Shown in pieces: positions 42,568-52,091 of a stretch of DNA of 64,000 bases (position 1 is its first letter; every line of letters starts with the position of its first letter). The notes below the pieces were generated by a model. The model had not been told where the DNA came from and did not search any database. It saw nothing but the letters and a program-made list of their open reading frames with translations. A program made the translations under genes and the position numbers. The stretch lies in NCBI GenBank assembly GCA_002840505.1, contig PHBC01000002.1, positions 517,544 through 581,543 of the forward strand, given 5' to 3'. The stretch comes from Deltaproteobacteria bacterium HGW-Deltaproteobacteria-2. Its GTDB lineage: Bacteria > Desulfobacterota > Syntrophia > Syntrophales > Smithellaceae.

Positions 42568-44169
42568 ATGTTCAAATCTTTAAAGCTCAGAGTAGCGATA
42601 ACTTTAATTGTTTGTCTTGGCGCTTTATATTTCCTAATACCTACATTTTTCCCAAATATTCCATCGTCCTGGAATAAATATCTGGCCAAAGAAAAAATTC
42701 ATTTAGGTCTGGATTTACAGGGCGGTATGCACCTTGTTCTGGAAATTGACACGGATAAAGCTCTGGAGGCGATGATGGAGCGAACTTCCAATGAGTTAAA
42801 AGAATCATTGATGGACAGCAAGGTTCGTTTCCGCAATTTGGAAAAAGCCAAAGGCGCTACAATTTCCATGGAATTAACAGATTCTGATGGTAAAACCGTT
42901 TTGGAAAAAGTGTTACTCGACAAATATCCTGATCTGGAAATCGATACAACCAGTCATCACGATAAAGGACAACTTGTTACTTTAAAAATAAACGATAAAA
43001 GAGCCGCTGACCTGAAAAAGCTAACCGTTGAACACTCTTTGGAAACAATCAGAAACAGAGTCGATCAATTCGGAATAGCGGAGCCGGAGATTATACCGGA
43101 AGGCGATAATCGTATTCTTATTCAACTCCCTGGTATTAAAGACCCGGAGAGGGCCAAAAATCTCATCGGTAAAACAGCTCTTTTGGAATTTAAAATTGTT
43201 GACGACGAAAATTCACTGGAAGAAGCTCTCCGGGGCAATCTCCCGGAAGGAGATATTGTTGCTTACGGATTGCGTGCTGATAAATCAACAGGAGAGAGAG
43301 GCTCATCTCCGTATTTGCTAAAAGACAAATCATTGTTGACCGGTGCTTCACTGGAAACCGCCAAGGTTCAGATTGCTGACCGTTTCGGTGATGTTACTGT
43401 TAGTTTGACATTCAACTCTCAGGGATCGGTTGATTTTGAAAGAATAACGGGAGAAAATGTTCGCAAAAGATTGGCAATTGTTTTGGACGGCGTCGTTCAC
43501 TCCGCTCCCGTCATTCAGGAACGTATCTCGGGTGGTCAAGCTCAGATTACCGGCAACTTCACTATGGAGGAAGCACGCGACTTGGCTATTGTTTTACGCG
43601 CCGGAGCTCTGCCCGCACCTGTTAATATTCTGGAAGAAAGAACCGTCGGTCCATCACTGGGCAGTGACTCCATTAGGCAGGGCATTCTTGCAACCATTAT
43701 CGGTTCGCTTTTGGTTATTTTATTCATGATTGTTTATTACCGCCTTTCCGGCGCTGTTGCCGATATTGCGCTCATCGTTAATATATTGTTGATTATGGCG
43801 GTACTCGCAGCCTTCCGGGCAACCCTGACTCTGCCGGGGATTGCCGGTATGCTTCTCACGGTCGGCGTTGCCGTGGACGCGAATATTCTGATATTTGAAA
43901 GAATACGGGAGGAATTACGGACGGGGAAAACCGTTCGCCTGGCTCTTGATACAGGCTATGACAGGGCATTCATTACTATCATTGACACGCATATCACAGG
44001 TATTGTCGCTGCCGTTGTTCTGATCTTTTTCGGGACAGGCCCGATCAAAGGATTCGCGGTAACAACAATCATTGGCCTTCTGGCCAGTCTTTTTACCTCC
44101 ATTTTTATCACGCGGGTAATCTTCGATTATGTTATGGGGAACTACAATATTAAAAAATTGAGCATTTAA
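42568..44169 (+). CDS. secD: Protein translocase subunit SecD
   Basis: LGLDLQGGMHLVLE, a large periplasmic domain, and C-terminal TM bundle motifs (VDANILIFERIREE). Confidence 0.9.
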   Translation: MFKSLKLRVAITLIVCLGALYFLIPTFFPNIPSSWNKYLAKEKIHLGLDLQGGMHLVLEIDTDKALEAMMERTSNELKESLMDSKVRFRNLEKAKGATISMELTDSDGKTVLEKVLLDKYPDLEIDTTSHHDKGQLVTLKINDKRAADLKKLTVEHSLETIRNRVDQFGIAEPEIIPEGDNRILIQLPGIKDPERAKNLIGKTALLEFKIVDDENSLEEALRGNLPEGDIVAYGLRADKSTGERGSSPYLLKDKSLLTGASLETAKVQIADRFGDVTVSLTFNSQGSVDFERITGENVRKRLAIVLDGVVHSAPVIQERISGGQAQITGNFTMEEARDLAIVLRAGALPAPVNILEERTVGPSLGSDSIRQGILATIIGSLLVILFMIVYYRLSGAVADIALIVNILLIMAVLAAFRATLTLPGIAGMLLTVGVAVDANILIFERIREELRTGKTVRLALDTGYDRAFITIIDTHITGIVAAVVLIFFGTGPIKGFAVTTIIGLLASLFTSIFITRVIFDYVMGNYNIKKLSI

Positions 44170-44196
44170 AATTAAAGCGCAGGCAGGAGATATAAA

Positions 44197-45111
44197 ATGA
44201 GCATGGAGTTGATAAAACCAGGTGTTAACATAGATTTTGTCGGAAAAATGAATTACGCGATTGCTTTTTCAGCCATCCTGATTCTCATCGGCATCGGATC
44301 GATTATCTATCATGGAGGGTTTAATCTGGGTATTGATTTCGCCGGCGGATCAATCATTCAGGTAAAATTTTCAAAAAATATTTCCGCCGATCAAATTCGT
44401 ACTGCTTTAAAGTCAACAAAGCTGGAAAACAGCACTATTCAACAGTTCGGCGCCAATGAATTTTTGATCCGCACATCGGAATCTTTCTCAGATCAAAAGA
44501 TACTGGCCGCCAATGTGGAACAACCGCTCTCTGCGGCTTTCAACAAGGATTACGAAATCCGGCGCGTGGAAGTTGTCGGTTCTAAAGTCAGTGCTGATTT
44601 TACCAGAAAAGCTATTATTGCTGTTATTTTTTCCTGGCTGGCTATCTTGATTTATGTAACCTGGCGCTTCGAGTTCCGCTACGCCGCAGGAGGAATTCTT
44701 GCTCTGGTTCACGATACGTTGATTGTAACCGGAGCTGTCGCCGTTATGAACATGGAATTCACCATAAACATTCTCGCGGTACTCATATTTGTTATCGGTT
44801 TTTCTATTAATGACACCATTGTTACGTTGGATCGAATTCGGGAAATTGTAAAACGGAACCCCAAACAGAAGTTAGGCGATATCATCAATTTGGCAATTAA
44901 TGAAACCCTCAGCAGAACCATCTTGACGTCTCTGACTGTTTTCTTTACTGTTTTAGCCCTGTACATTTTTGGCGGAGCGGTTATCCGCGATTTTGCTTTT
45001 GCCATGCTGATCGGCACCGTTATTGGAACCTATTCCACTATTTATATTGCCTGCACCAGTGTGCTGCTTTTTGAAAATCTGCAGCTTTCAAAAATGAAGA
45101 GGAAAAATTAA
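44197..45111 (+). CDS. secF: Protein translocase subunit SecF
   Basis: GIDFAGGSIIQV, a C-terminal TM bundle, and INDTIVTLDRIRE. Confidence 0.9.
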   Translation: MSMELIKPGVNIDFVGKMNYAIAFSAILILIGIGSIIYHGGFNLGIDFAGGSIIQVKFSKNISADQIRTALKSTKLENSTIQQFGANEFLIRTSESFSDQKILAANVEQPLSAAFNKDYEIRRVEVVGSKVSADFTRKAIIAVIFSWLAILIYVTWRFEFRYAAGGILALVHDTLIVTGAVAVMNMEFTINILAVLIFVIGFSINDTIVTLDRIREIVKRNPKQKLGDIINLAINETLSRTILTSLTVFFTVLALYIFGGAVIRDFAFAMLIGTVIGTYSTIYIACTSVLLFENLQLSKMKRKN

Positions 45112-45112
45112 G

Positions 45113-45625
45113 TTGTCTTTTTTCGCAGCAGCAGGATTTACGGTTTTTATTTTAATATTATTCGCGGGTATTTTCCTGAATTTGTTTGGATTACCCGGAA
45201 CTGTAGTTGTTTTTTTTGATGTTTTGTTTTATGCAATTTTTACCGGCTTTGATCACATTGGGTTAAAAATTATCCTGTTTCTGCTCATTTTCACTATAAT
45301 TGCCGAAACAATCGACTTATTTTTTGTTATAGGCGGGGCATTTCAACCGGTTGCTTCAAAAAAATCTTTTGGAGCGGCGGCATTAGGAGCTTTGGGGGGA
45401 ATATTTTTGCTTACGCCATTTTGTGGAGGACCAGGAATATGGATAGGATTTTTTTTAGGAGGCCTTGCCGGAACATTGATAATAGAATTTATCCATCAAT
45501 CAAAATTAAAGGCTCCTTTCCGAATGCCTGGTCGCGTTATTTTTACTATGATAGGAGGAAAGATATTTAAAGGAATAATTGCCCTTTCTATGATCGCCTT
45601 TTCTCTATCCAATATTTACTCTTAG
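45113..45625 (+). CDS. DUF456-like integral membrane protein
   Basis: A 170-aa, Gly-rich, 4-TM protein translationally coupled to secF. The start is TTG. Confidence 0.5.
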   Translation: MSFFAAAGFTVFILILFAGIFLNLFGLPGTVVVFFDVLFYAIFTGFDHIGLKIILFLLIFTIIAETIDLFFVIGGAFQPVASKKSFGAAALGALGGIFLLTPFCGGPGIWIGFFLGGLAGTLIIEFIHQSKLKAPFRMPGRVIFTMIGGKIFKGIIALSMIAFSLSNIYS

Positions 45626-45640
45626 GGGTTTCTAGTTAAT

Positions 45641-46273
45641 ATGGCTGAAAATAATAAAACAAAAGAAAAAAGAAAATCGAAAGTTAAAGAATACGTTGAA
45701 TCAATCATCATAGCGATTTTGATCGCTCTTTTTATCCGCACATTTATAATCTGTGCATACAAGATACCTTCCCGCTCCATGGTACCGACTCTGTTGGTTG
45801 GAGATCATATTTTAGTCAGTAAATTTATTTATGGCATTAAAATTCCTCTTTTAAGAAAAACTATTGTCCCTATTAGCAACCCGCAAAGAGGTGATATTGT
45901 AGTTTTCATTTACCCCAACGACCGGTCGAAAGATTTCATCAAGAGGGTGATCGGCATGGCCGGTGACAAAATTGAAATAAAAAATAAAAAAATATTCATC
46001 AATGATAAAGAATATAAAGATTCTTATGGTATATACAGCGATAGCGTAATTTATCCGGCTTCTATCCAGAACCGCGATAATTTCGGACCGGTTACAGTTC
46101 CTGAAAAATCTATTTTTGTCATGGGTGATAACCGCGACGAAAGTCTGGACAGCCGTTTCTGGGGATTTGTCAATTTAAAAGATGTTGAAGGAAAAGCTTT
46201 TATAATATACTGGTCGTGGAACCGCGAAGATCATAATCTCCGTTGGCAAAGGCTGGGCAATTTGTTACATTAA
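45641..46273 (+). CDS. lepB: Signal peptidase I
   Basis: The Ser nucleophile box is PSRSMVPTL. Other motifs are KRVIGMAGD and GDNRDESLDSRFWG. Confidence 0.85.
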   Translation: MAENNKTKEKRKSKVKEYVESIIIAILIALFIRTFIICAYKIPSRSMVPTLLVGDHILVSKFIYGIKIPLLRKTIVPISNPQRGDIVVFIYPNDRSKDFIKRVIGMAGDKIEIKNKKIFINDKEYKDSYGIYSDSVIYPASIQNRDNFGPVTVPEKSIFVMGDNRDESLDSRFWGFVNLKDVEGKAFIIYWSWNREDHNLRWQRLGNLLH

Positions 46274-46389
46274 TACCAATTCTAAAGGAAATTTTCGCCC
46301 TGTTGGCGAAAATTCTCGGTAATGTAAGATTCTATTTATTACGCACGCCTTGCGGAAATGCGCTCCCGATCAAGGCGCTATTTTTGTTG

Positions 46390-46406
46390 GTCCCGATTCA
46401 TCGGGA
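46390..46406. repeat. Short dispersed hairpin GTCCCGATTCATCGGGA (copy 2)
   Basis: It has the same 16-nt core as 39480-39495. It is intergenic, between the convergent lepB and NRAMP genes. Confidence 0.6.
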
Positions 46407-46502
46407 TTGTCAGCTTCCTCAACGTATATAAAATACGCCTCGTCGTCTTTGCCCATCCGCCTTAATATCATCTCTGATTTAGAAATGGTAATCAGTAGAT
46501 AT

Positions 46503-47765
46503 TTAGTCAAAGAATGCCGATATTACCATAGCCACGGAAAGACAATTCAGAATAACAACTGTTGCCCAGGAAACAATATTCATCAACCGGCCATTTACAT
46601 AATTACCCATAATTCGTTTATCATTGATCAAAAGAAGCATAAAAATCAGAATAAAGGGAAGCAGCATTCCGTTAATAACCTGCGAATAATACATGATGCC
46701 GATCAAAGGCACATTGGGCAGAAGAATAAACCCTGCACCCAGAAAAATCATTAACGAATACATGCCGTAAAACTGCGGCGCTTCGGCGAATTTGCTGTTT
46801 AAGCTTGATTCCCATCCAAACGCCTCACAAATTGTATAAGCTGTGGAAAGCGGCAGAATGGAAGCGGCAAAAAGAGAGGCATTAAGCAAACCGAAGGCGA
46901 ATAAAGAAGCAGCGTATGACCCTGCCAGAGGAACCAGCGCCAAAGCCGCATCCTTGGCTGTTTCAATTTTAAACCCGTGTTGAAACAACGTAACAGCACA
47001 AAGCATTATAATAAAAAACGCCACCACATTAACGGTTATCGAACCGAAGATAACATCCATTCGCGAATATTTATAACTCTCTGCTTTTAAACCCTTGTCT
47101 ACGATGGATGATTGAAGGTAAAACTGCATCCATGGTGCGATCGTTGTTCCAACGATACCTATGGCCATAGTAAGCATTCCGGTATCGAAGTTCATGGTTG
47201 GTGTAAAGGCAGCTTTACTGATTGCCGACCAGTCGGGATGCACAATAAATCCGGAAATAATATAGGAAAGATAAAAAACACAGGCGATTAGAAAAACCTT
47301 TTCCACTGATTTATAATTTCCTTTTACCACCATCCACCACACAAGAATAGCGCCAACCGGAACCGAGATATGTTTACTAACACCGAATATTTCCATACTG
47401 GCGGCAATTCCGGCAAACTCGGATAATGTATTTCCTAAATTAGCCAGGAAAAGAACAATCATCAAATAGAAAGTGATTTTTGCCCCGAAACGTTCGCGAA
47501 TTAAATCCGAAAGACCCTTGCCGGAAACAACGCCCATGCGGGCGCACATTTCCTGAATAATTATTAAGGCAACGGTTACGGGGATAAGTATCCAAATTAA
47601 TTTCAAGCCATAATGAGCACCGGCCAAAGAATAAGTGGTAATACCGCCGGCATCGTTGTCCACATTGGACGTGATTATTCCCGGGCCAATCAATGCAAAA
47701 AAAAGACCGATTTTCCAGAAGCCTTTTTGTAATATTTTTTCCCAAAGCTGTTTTATTTTATTCAT
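46503..47765 (-). CDS. NRAMP-family transporter with non-canonical metal site (NRAMP-related Mg2+ transporter-like)
   Basis: 420 aa with ~11 TM helices. The TM1 motif GPGIITSNVDNDAGG replaces the canonical …DPGN. The TM6 motif VGTTIAPW replaces the canonical GA(T)xMPH. Confidence 0.8.
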   Translation of the reverse strand: MNKIKQLWEKILQKGFWKIGLFFALIGPGIITSNVDNDAGGITTYSLAGAHYGLKLIWILIPVTVALIIIQEMCARMGVVSGKGLSDLIRERFGAKITFYLMIVLFLANLGNTLSEFAGIAASMEIFGVSKHISVPVGAILVWWMVVKGNYKSVEKVFLIACVFYLSYIISGFIVHPDWSAISKAAFTPTMNFDTGMLTMAIGIVGTTIAPWMQFYLQSSIVDKGLKAESYKYSRMDVIFGSITVNVVAFFIIMLCAVTLFQHGFKIETAKDAALALVPLAGSYAASLFAFGLLNASLFAASILPLSTAYTICEAFGWESSLNSKFAEAPQFYGMYSLMIFLGAGFILLPNVPLIGIMYYSQVINGMLLPFILIFMLLLINDKRIMGNYVNGRLMNIVSWATVVILNCLSVAMVISAFFD

Positions 47766-47794
47766 AGTTCTTCTTGCAAATTCAGCTTAAGTTG

Positions 47795-49057
47795 TTATTT
47801 TTCCAACTGAGGAGCGACAACTTCCAAAAGATTCTTAAATATAATGGTCCCATGCATCCGGTCATTTTCATCAACAACAGGAATAGCTGTTACTCCGTAT
47901 TTAGCAAAATGTTCGGCAATCGTATCATCATTATCATCAAGTTTTACCGAAATGACACGCTCATCCATCAGCTCTTCGAGTTTTTTGTCCTGATCGGCCA
48001 GAATTAAATCACGTAAAGTTACTACCCCCAAAAGATGTTCTTCGTCGTCAGTAACGTACACATAATAAACCATTTCAATATCCGCCGCTTCCTGGCGAAA
48101 TCTTTCCAGTGTTTCTTGTACAGTCATTGATGGACGGAAACTTAAGTAAGACGTTGTCATCATACCACCGGCTTCTCTTTCCGGATGGGTTAAGAGCTCC
48201 TTGACATCATCGGCAATATCCTTTTCCATTTCGTTTAAAATTCCCTCGGCCTTGGCTTTGGGCAAATCAGCAATAAGGTCGGCGGCTTCAGATAAAGACA
48301 TTTCTTCGATAATATCTGAGGCTTTTTCCGAGTTAAGATCATTAATCAGACTGACCTGAACCTTGGGATCAGTTTCTTCAAGAGTTTCCGCCGCAGTCTC
48401 GACATCAAGAGCCTGAAATACAGCAGCACGCTGCTTAATGTCCATTTCTTCGAGAATATCCGCCAAGTCAGCCGGATGAATTTTACCGAGCCTGTTCTGA
48501 GTTATATTCAAGCGCAGCAAATCCGGCGAATGCACCGGCTGTACGAATTTCCACGAAATAAACTGATTGGGTAATTTGTAGTCGAATAGCCCCTGAAAAA
48601 TTATATCAAAAGGTTTTATCAAACCCATGCGGCGGATCACACCACGAAAACCTACATCAACGTGGACGAGATGCATCCCCTGGCTTGTTTTTAAAAACTG
48701 AAGATCATTAACCCTTCTGATCTTGGCTCCATCAGTATCCACAACCTGCTTATCCAATAAGGCGTCCTTGAGTAGCAGTTCCCCCTGCCGCAAATTAAGA
48801 GTAAGCAACTCACTTGTTGAATGTATGGAAACGGATACATCTCCATTAAAATCAACTACGTTTCCCCAAGGAAGAAAAACGGGATTTTCTTTTTGCGCGG
48901 AACTGAATATTATTCCGGTAACTATAGGAAAAGGATCAATAAACTCCGCGGCTAAATCATAAACTTTGCCCAGGGTTTCGCCTCCGGCTCCGATAATTTT
49001 TTTCCCCAGAATTCTGCTTAAAAATAAAAAAATTTCGGGATCCTGATTTATATCCAT
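47795..49057 (-). CDS. Soluble MgtE-like regulatory protein: PRC-barrel(s) + MgtE N-domain + CBS pair, no transmembrane domain
   Basis: 420 aa. PRC-barrel-like segments are LGKKIIGAGGETLGKVYDLAAEF… and LLDKQVVDTDGAKIRRVNDL. The acidic MgtE_N-type helices are HPADLADILEEMDIKQRAAVFQALDVETAAETLEE. A CBS pair follows (…VYVTDDEEHLLGVVTLRDL…, …IPVVDENDRMHGTIIFKNLL). No hydrophobic helices are present. The NRAMP gene starts 29 nt downstream of its stop. Confidence 0.75.
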   Translation of the reverse strand: MDINQDPEIFLFLSRILGKKIIGAGGETLGKVYDLAAEFIDPFPIVTGIIFSSAQKENPVFLPWGNVVDFNGDVSVSIHSTSELLTLNLRQGELLLKDALLDKQVVDTDGAKIRRVNDLQFLKTSQGMHLVHVDVGFRGVIRRMGLIKPFDIIFQGLFDYKLPNQFISWKFVQPVHSPDLLRLNITQNRLGKIHPADLADILEEMDIKQRAAVFQALDVETAAETLEETDPKVQVSLINDLNSEKASDIIEEMSLSEAADLIADLPKAKAEGILNEMEKDIADDVKELLTHPEREAGGMMTTSYLSFRPSMTVQETLERFRQEAADIEMVYYVYVTDDEEHLLGVVTLRDLILADQDKKLEELMDERVISVKLDDNDDTIAEHFAKYGVTAIPVVDENDRMHGTIIFKNLLEVVAPQLEK

Positions 49058-49129
49058 TTTCCCCTCCGAATTTTCATTTATATCAGTTATTCTTTTTTAA
49101 CAAAAGTTTTTTTGAATTATTTTTTCATC

Positions 49130-49158
49130 TTGACATTTTAACACCTTAGTTGTATTAA
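49130..49158 (+). promoter_or_regulatory. Sigma70-type promoter of the pyr operon
   Basis: TTGACA (49130-49135), a 17-bp spacer, then TATTAA (49153-49158). Confidence 0.6.
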
Positions 49159-49170
49159 AAATCAGATTTT

Positions 49171-49271
49171 ACCCTTTTAATTTAATCCGGTGAGATTGAA
49201 AAAGGAAAACATAATGAAATGTTTATCAAGATATTATCAAGCCTTTCTCCTTTCGGGGGAAGGCTTTTTTT
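49171..49271 (+). promoter_or_regulatory. PyrR-type transcription attenuator (PyrR binding loop + intrinsic terminator)
   Basis: CUUUUAAUUUAAUCCGGUGAGAUUGAAAAAGG resembles the PyrR binding-loop consensus (…UCCAGAGAGGCU…). The terminator AAGCCTTTCTCC-TTTCG-GGGGAAGGCTT plus TTTTTTT follows at 49239-49271, just upstream of pyrR. Confidence 0.55.
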
Positions 49272-49296
49272 ATAACATTACCCGAGGTTGACACGT

Positions 49297-49845
49297 ATGT
49301 CGAACAATAAAAACATCAAAACAGTAATGGATAAGGACGGGATTGAAAGATGCCTCACCCGAATCGCTTATGAAATTCTGGAAAAAAATAAAGGCATGGA
49401 AAACCTTGTACTCGTCGGCATAAGAACCGGTGGAGTTTATCTGGCCCAAAGACTACAGAAGAAAATGTCCGATATCGAACACGGAAAGATTCCTCTGGGA
49501 ATACTTGATATAACTCTCTATCGTGATGATATTTCCGCGTCCAACAAGAAACCTCGCCTCGGGGAAACAAAAATAAATTTCTCTCTTGATGATAAAATAG
49601 TCATACTCGTTGATGATGTCCTCTTTACCGGTCGAACCATCCGAGCGGCAATGGACGCACTGATTGATTTCGGACGCCCCAGGATGATTCAGCTTGCCGT
49701 TTTAATCGACCGCGGCCATCGCGAACTCCCGATAAGAGCCGATTTTGTCGGCAAAAATCTCCCCTCTTCTCTTTGGGAAGCCGTCCGTGTCGACCTGGTG
49801 GAAAAAAACGGTGTGGATGAGGTTGTCATAGAAGAAGGACCATAA
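49297..49845 (+). CDS. pyrR: Bifunctional pyrimidine operon regulator / uracil phosphoribosyltransferase PyrR
   Basis: The PRPP-binding motif is VILVDDVLFTGRTIRAAMDAL. The ~180-aa size fits. The ATG at 49297 lies inside the track ORF, which starts at TTG 49288. Confidence 0.9.
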   Translation: MSNNKNIKTVMDKDGIERCLTRIAYEILEKNKGMENLVLVGIRTGGVYLAQRLQKKMSDIEHGKIPLGILDITLYRDDISASNKKPRLGETKINFSLDDKIVILVDDVLFTGRTIRAAMDALIDFGRPRMIQLAVLIDRGHRELPIRADFVGKNLPSSLWEAVRVDLVEKNGVDEVVIEEGP

Positions 49846-49869
49846 ATTAAAAACTTTTTAAGGCTTGTT

Positions 49870-50796
49870 ATGAAATTTGAAAGAAAAGATATTCTGGGAA
49901 TAAAAGACTTATCCGTTGATGAGATAAATTTCATTCTGGAGACAGCGGAATCTTTTTTGGAAGTATCCACCCGTAAAATAAAGAAAGTGCCCACACTGCG
50001 CGGTAAAACAATCATCAATCTTTTTTATGAAGCAAGTACGCGCACCAGAACATCTTTCGAAATCGCCGGCAAACGATTAAGCGCCGACACTATCAACATT
50101 TCAGCTTCAACCAGTTCCGTGGTCAAGGGAGAAACTCTTATTGACACCGCCCGCAATCTGGAAGCCATGAATCCCGACGTCATTGTCATCCGCCACAGCG
50201 CTTCCGGAGCTCCGCAAATGCTGGCCTCACTGGTTAAACAATCTATCATCAATGCCGGCGATGGCGCGCATGAACACCCAACGCAGGCTCTGCTGGATAT
50301 GATGACTATTAAAGAACACAAAAGTAAAATCGCCGGATTGAAGGTGGCGATAATCGGCGATATCGAACACAGCCGTGTCGCCCGTTCCAATATTTACGGC
50401 CTGTCCAAAATGGGCGCTGATGTTGTCCTGGCCGGTCCGGCGACCATGCTGCCGCGCGATATCGAACAAATGGGTGTAAAAGTTTTTAACAAGATGGAAG
50501 AAGCTATTGAAGGCGCGGACGTAGTAATGATGCTGCGCATTCAGTTGGAAAGGCAAAAACAAAGCATCTTCCCGTCACTGCGCGAATATTCCCAGCATTA
50601 CTGCCTTAACCGCAACAACATTAAACTAGCCCAAAAAGATGTCATCGTTATGCATCCGGGACCGATTAACCGTGGCGTGGAAATATCGCCCGACATTGCC
50701 GACGATTCTTCTTATTCTGTAATTCTTGATCAGGTGAACAAAGGCGTGGCCGTAAGAATGGCACTGCTTTACCTGCTCACCGGAGGTAGTGAATGA
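49870..50796 (+). CDS. pyrB: Aspartate carbamoyltransferase catalytic subunit
   Basis: [23 protein letters not shown], and the HPGPINRG motif. Confidence 0.9.
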   Translation: MKFERKDILGIKDLSVDEINFILETAESFLEVSTRKIKKVPTLRGKTIINLFYEASTRTRTSFEIAGKRLSADTINISASTSSVVKGETLIDTARNLEAMNPDVIVIRHSASGAPQMLASLVKQSIINAGDGAHEHPTQALLDMMTIKEHKSKIAGLKVAIIGDIEHSRVARSNIYGLSKMGADVVLAGPATMLPRDIEQMGVKVFNKMEEAIEGADVVMMLRIQLERQKQSIFPSLREYSQHYCLNRNNIKLAQKDVIVMHPGPINRGVEISPDIADDSSYSVILDQVNKGVAVRMALLYLLTGGSE

Positions 50797-52091
50797 AACT
50801 ATTATTAACCGGCGCGAGAATAATAGATCCCGCGCAAAACATAGACTCCCGAATGGATATTTTTCTGGAAGACGGTAAAATTGCCAAGATTGGCGCAAAT
50901 CTTTCCAAGTCATTAAAATCAAAAGATTCAGAAAAAACATCGAAGATTATTGATTTGGCCGGAATGATTATCGTTCCCGGGCTGATTGATATGCACACAC
51001 ATCTGCGCGAACCTGGTTTTGAATACAAAGAAACAATAGCATCAGGAGCCGCTGCCGCAATTGCCGGTGGATTTACCTCTATTGCCTGCATGCCCAACAC
51101 CAATCCGATTAACGATAATCGTTCCATTACAGAATTTATCAAAAGAAAAGCAGCGGAGGCCGCGCTGGTTAATGTTTATCCGATTGGCGCCATCAGCATG
51201 GATTCAGCAGGTTCAAAGCTTACAGAATTCTGGGACCTCAAAGAAGCGGGCATTGTCGCGCTTTCCGACGACGGCAATCCGGTAATGAACGCCGCCCTGA
51301 TGCGCAGGGCTATGGAATATGCCTTCTCCCTGCAATTACCGGTTATTTCGCACTGCGAAGACACAAACCTCTCTGCGGATGGGTTGATGAACGAAGGTTA
51401 TTATTCAACCATCCTGGGACTGCGCGGTATCCCCGGCATCGCGGAAGAAGCAATGATTGCCCGTGATATTCTAATTGCCGAATTTACCAAGACTTGTGTT
51501 CACATAGCGCATGTCAGCACGGCCGGTTCCGTTCGCCTGATTCGCGATGCCAAAAAAAGAGGTCTGAAAGTAACGGCGGAGACCGCACCCCACTATTTCA
51601 CTCTGACCGAAGAATCACTTCAGGGCTATGATACCAACTTCAAAATCAATCCCCCGTTAAGAAGTGAAAAGGACATCGCGGCAATTAAAGAAGGTCTTGC
51701 CGACGGAACGATTGATGTCATTGCCTGCGACCATGCTCCCCACGGACGTACAGATAAAGAAGTGGAATTCGAATACGCTGCCAACGGAATCAGCGGTTTG
51801 GAAACATCGCTGGGATTAAGCTTAAATCTAATCAACAGCAAAATTCTTAATTGGCCGGAATTAATTGCCAAGATGAGCTTAAATCCGGCGCGCATCTTGA
51901 ATTTGCCGAAAGGAACGCTGGAGACAGGCGCGGATGCCGATATCACCGTAATCGATCCCCAACTCAAATGGACTGTTGATGTGCAGGCGTTTCGCTCGCG
52001 CGGGAAAAACTCTCCGTTTCATGGACGCCAGATGCAGGGCAAAGCTATCCTTACGATCGTAGGCGGTGAAATAAAATTTGATGGTCGCTAG
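50793..52091 (+). CDS. pyrC: Dihydroorotase
   Basis: [14 protein letters not shown], with the amidohydrolase metal ligands (HVS…, CDHAPH). It overlaps the pyrB stop by 4 nt. Confidence 0.9.
   Translation: MKLLLTGARIIDPAQNIDSRMDIFLEDGKIAKIGANLSKSLKSKDSEKTSKIIDLAGMIIVPGLIDMHTHLREPGFEYKETIASGAAAAIAGGFTSIACMPNTNPINDNRSITEFIKRKAAEAALVNVYPIGAISMDSAGSKLTEFWDLKEAGIVALSDDGNPVMNAALMRRAMEYAFSLQLPVISHCEDTNLSADGLMNEGYYSTILGLRGIPGIAEEAMIARDILIAEFTKTCVHIAHVSTAGSVRLIRDAKKRGLKVTAETAPHYFTLTEESLQGYDTNFKINPPLRSEKDIAAIKEGLADGTIDVIACDHAPHGRTDKEVEFEYAANGISGLETSLGLSLNLINSKILNWPELIAKMSLNPARILNLPKGTLETGADADITVIDPQLKWTVDVQAFRSRGKNSPFHGRQMQGKAILTIVGGEIKFDGR

Noticed and set aside
46243-46754. ORFs 46243-46431(+) and 46350-46754(+)
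   Set aside because: The first translates the intergenic hairpin repeat (…VPIHRDCQ…). The second is largely antisense to the 3' end of the NRAMP gene.
49058-49129. M-box (Mg2+) or yybP-ykoY (Mn2+) riboswitch upstream of the MgtE-like/NRAMP operon
   Set aside because: Only ~70 nt separate the start codon from the divergent pyr promoter. That is too short for either aptamer, and no conserved cores were recognised.
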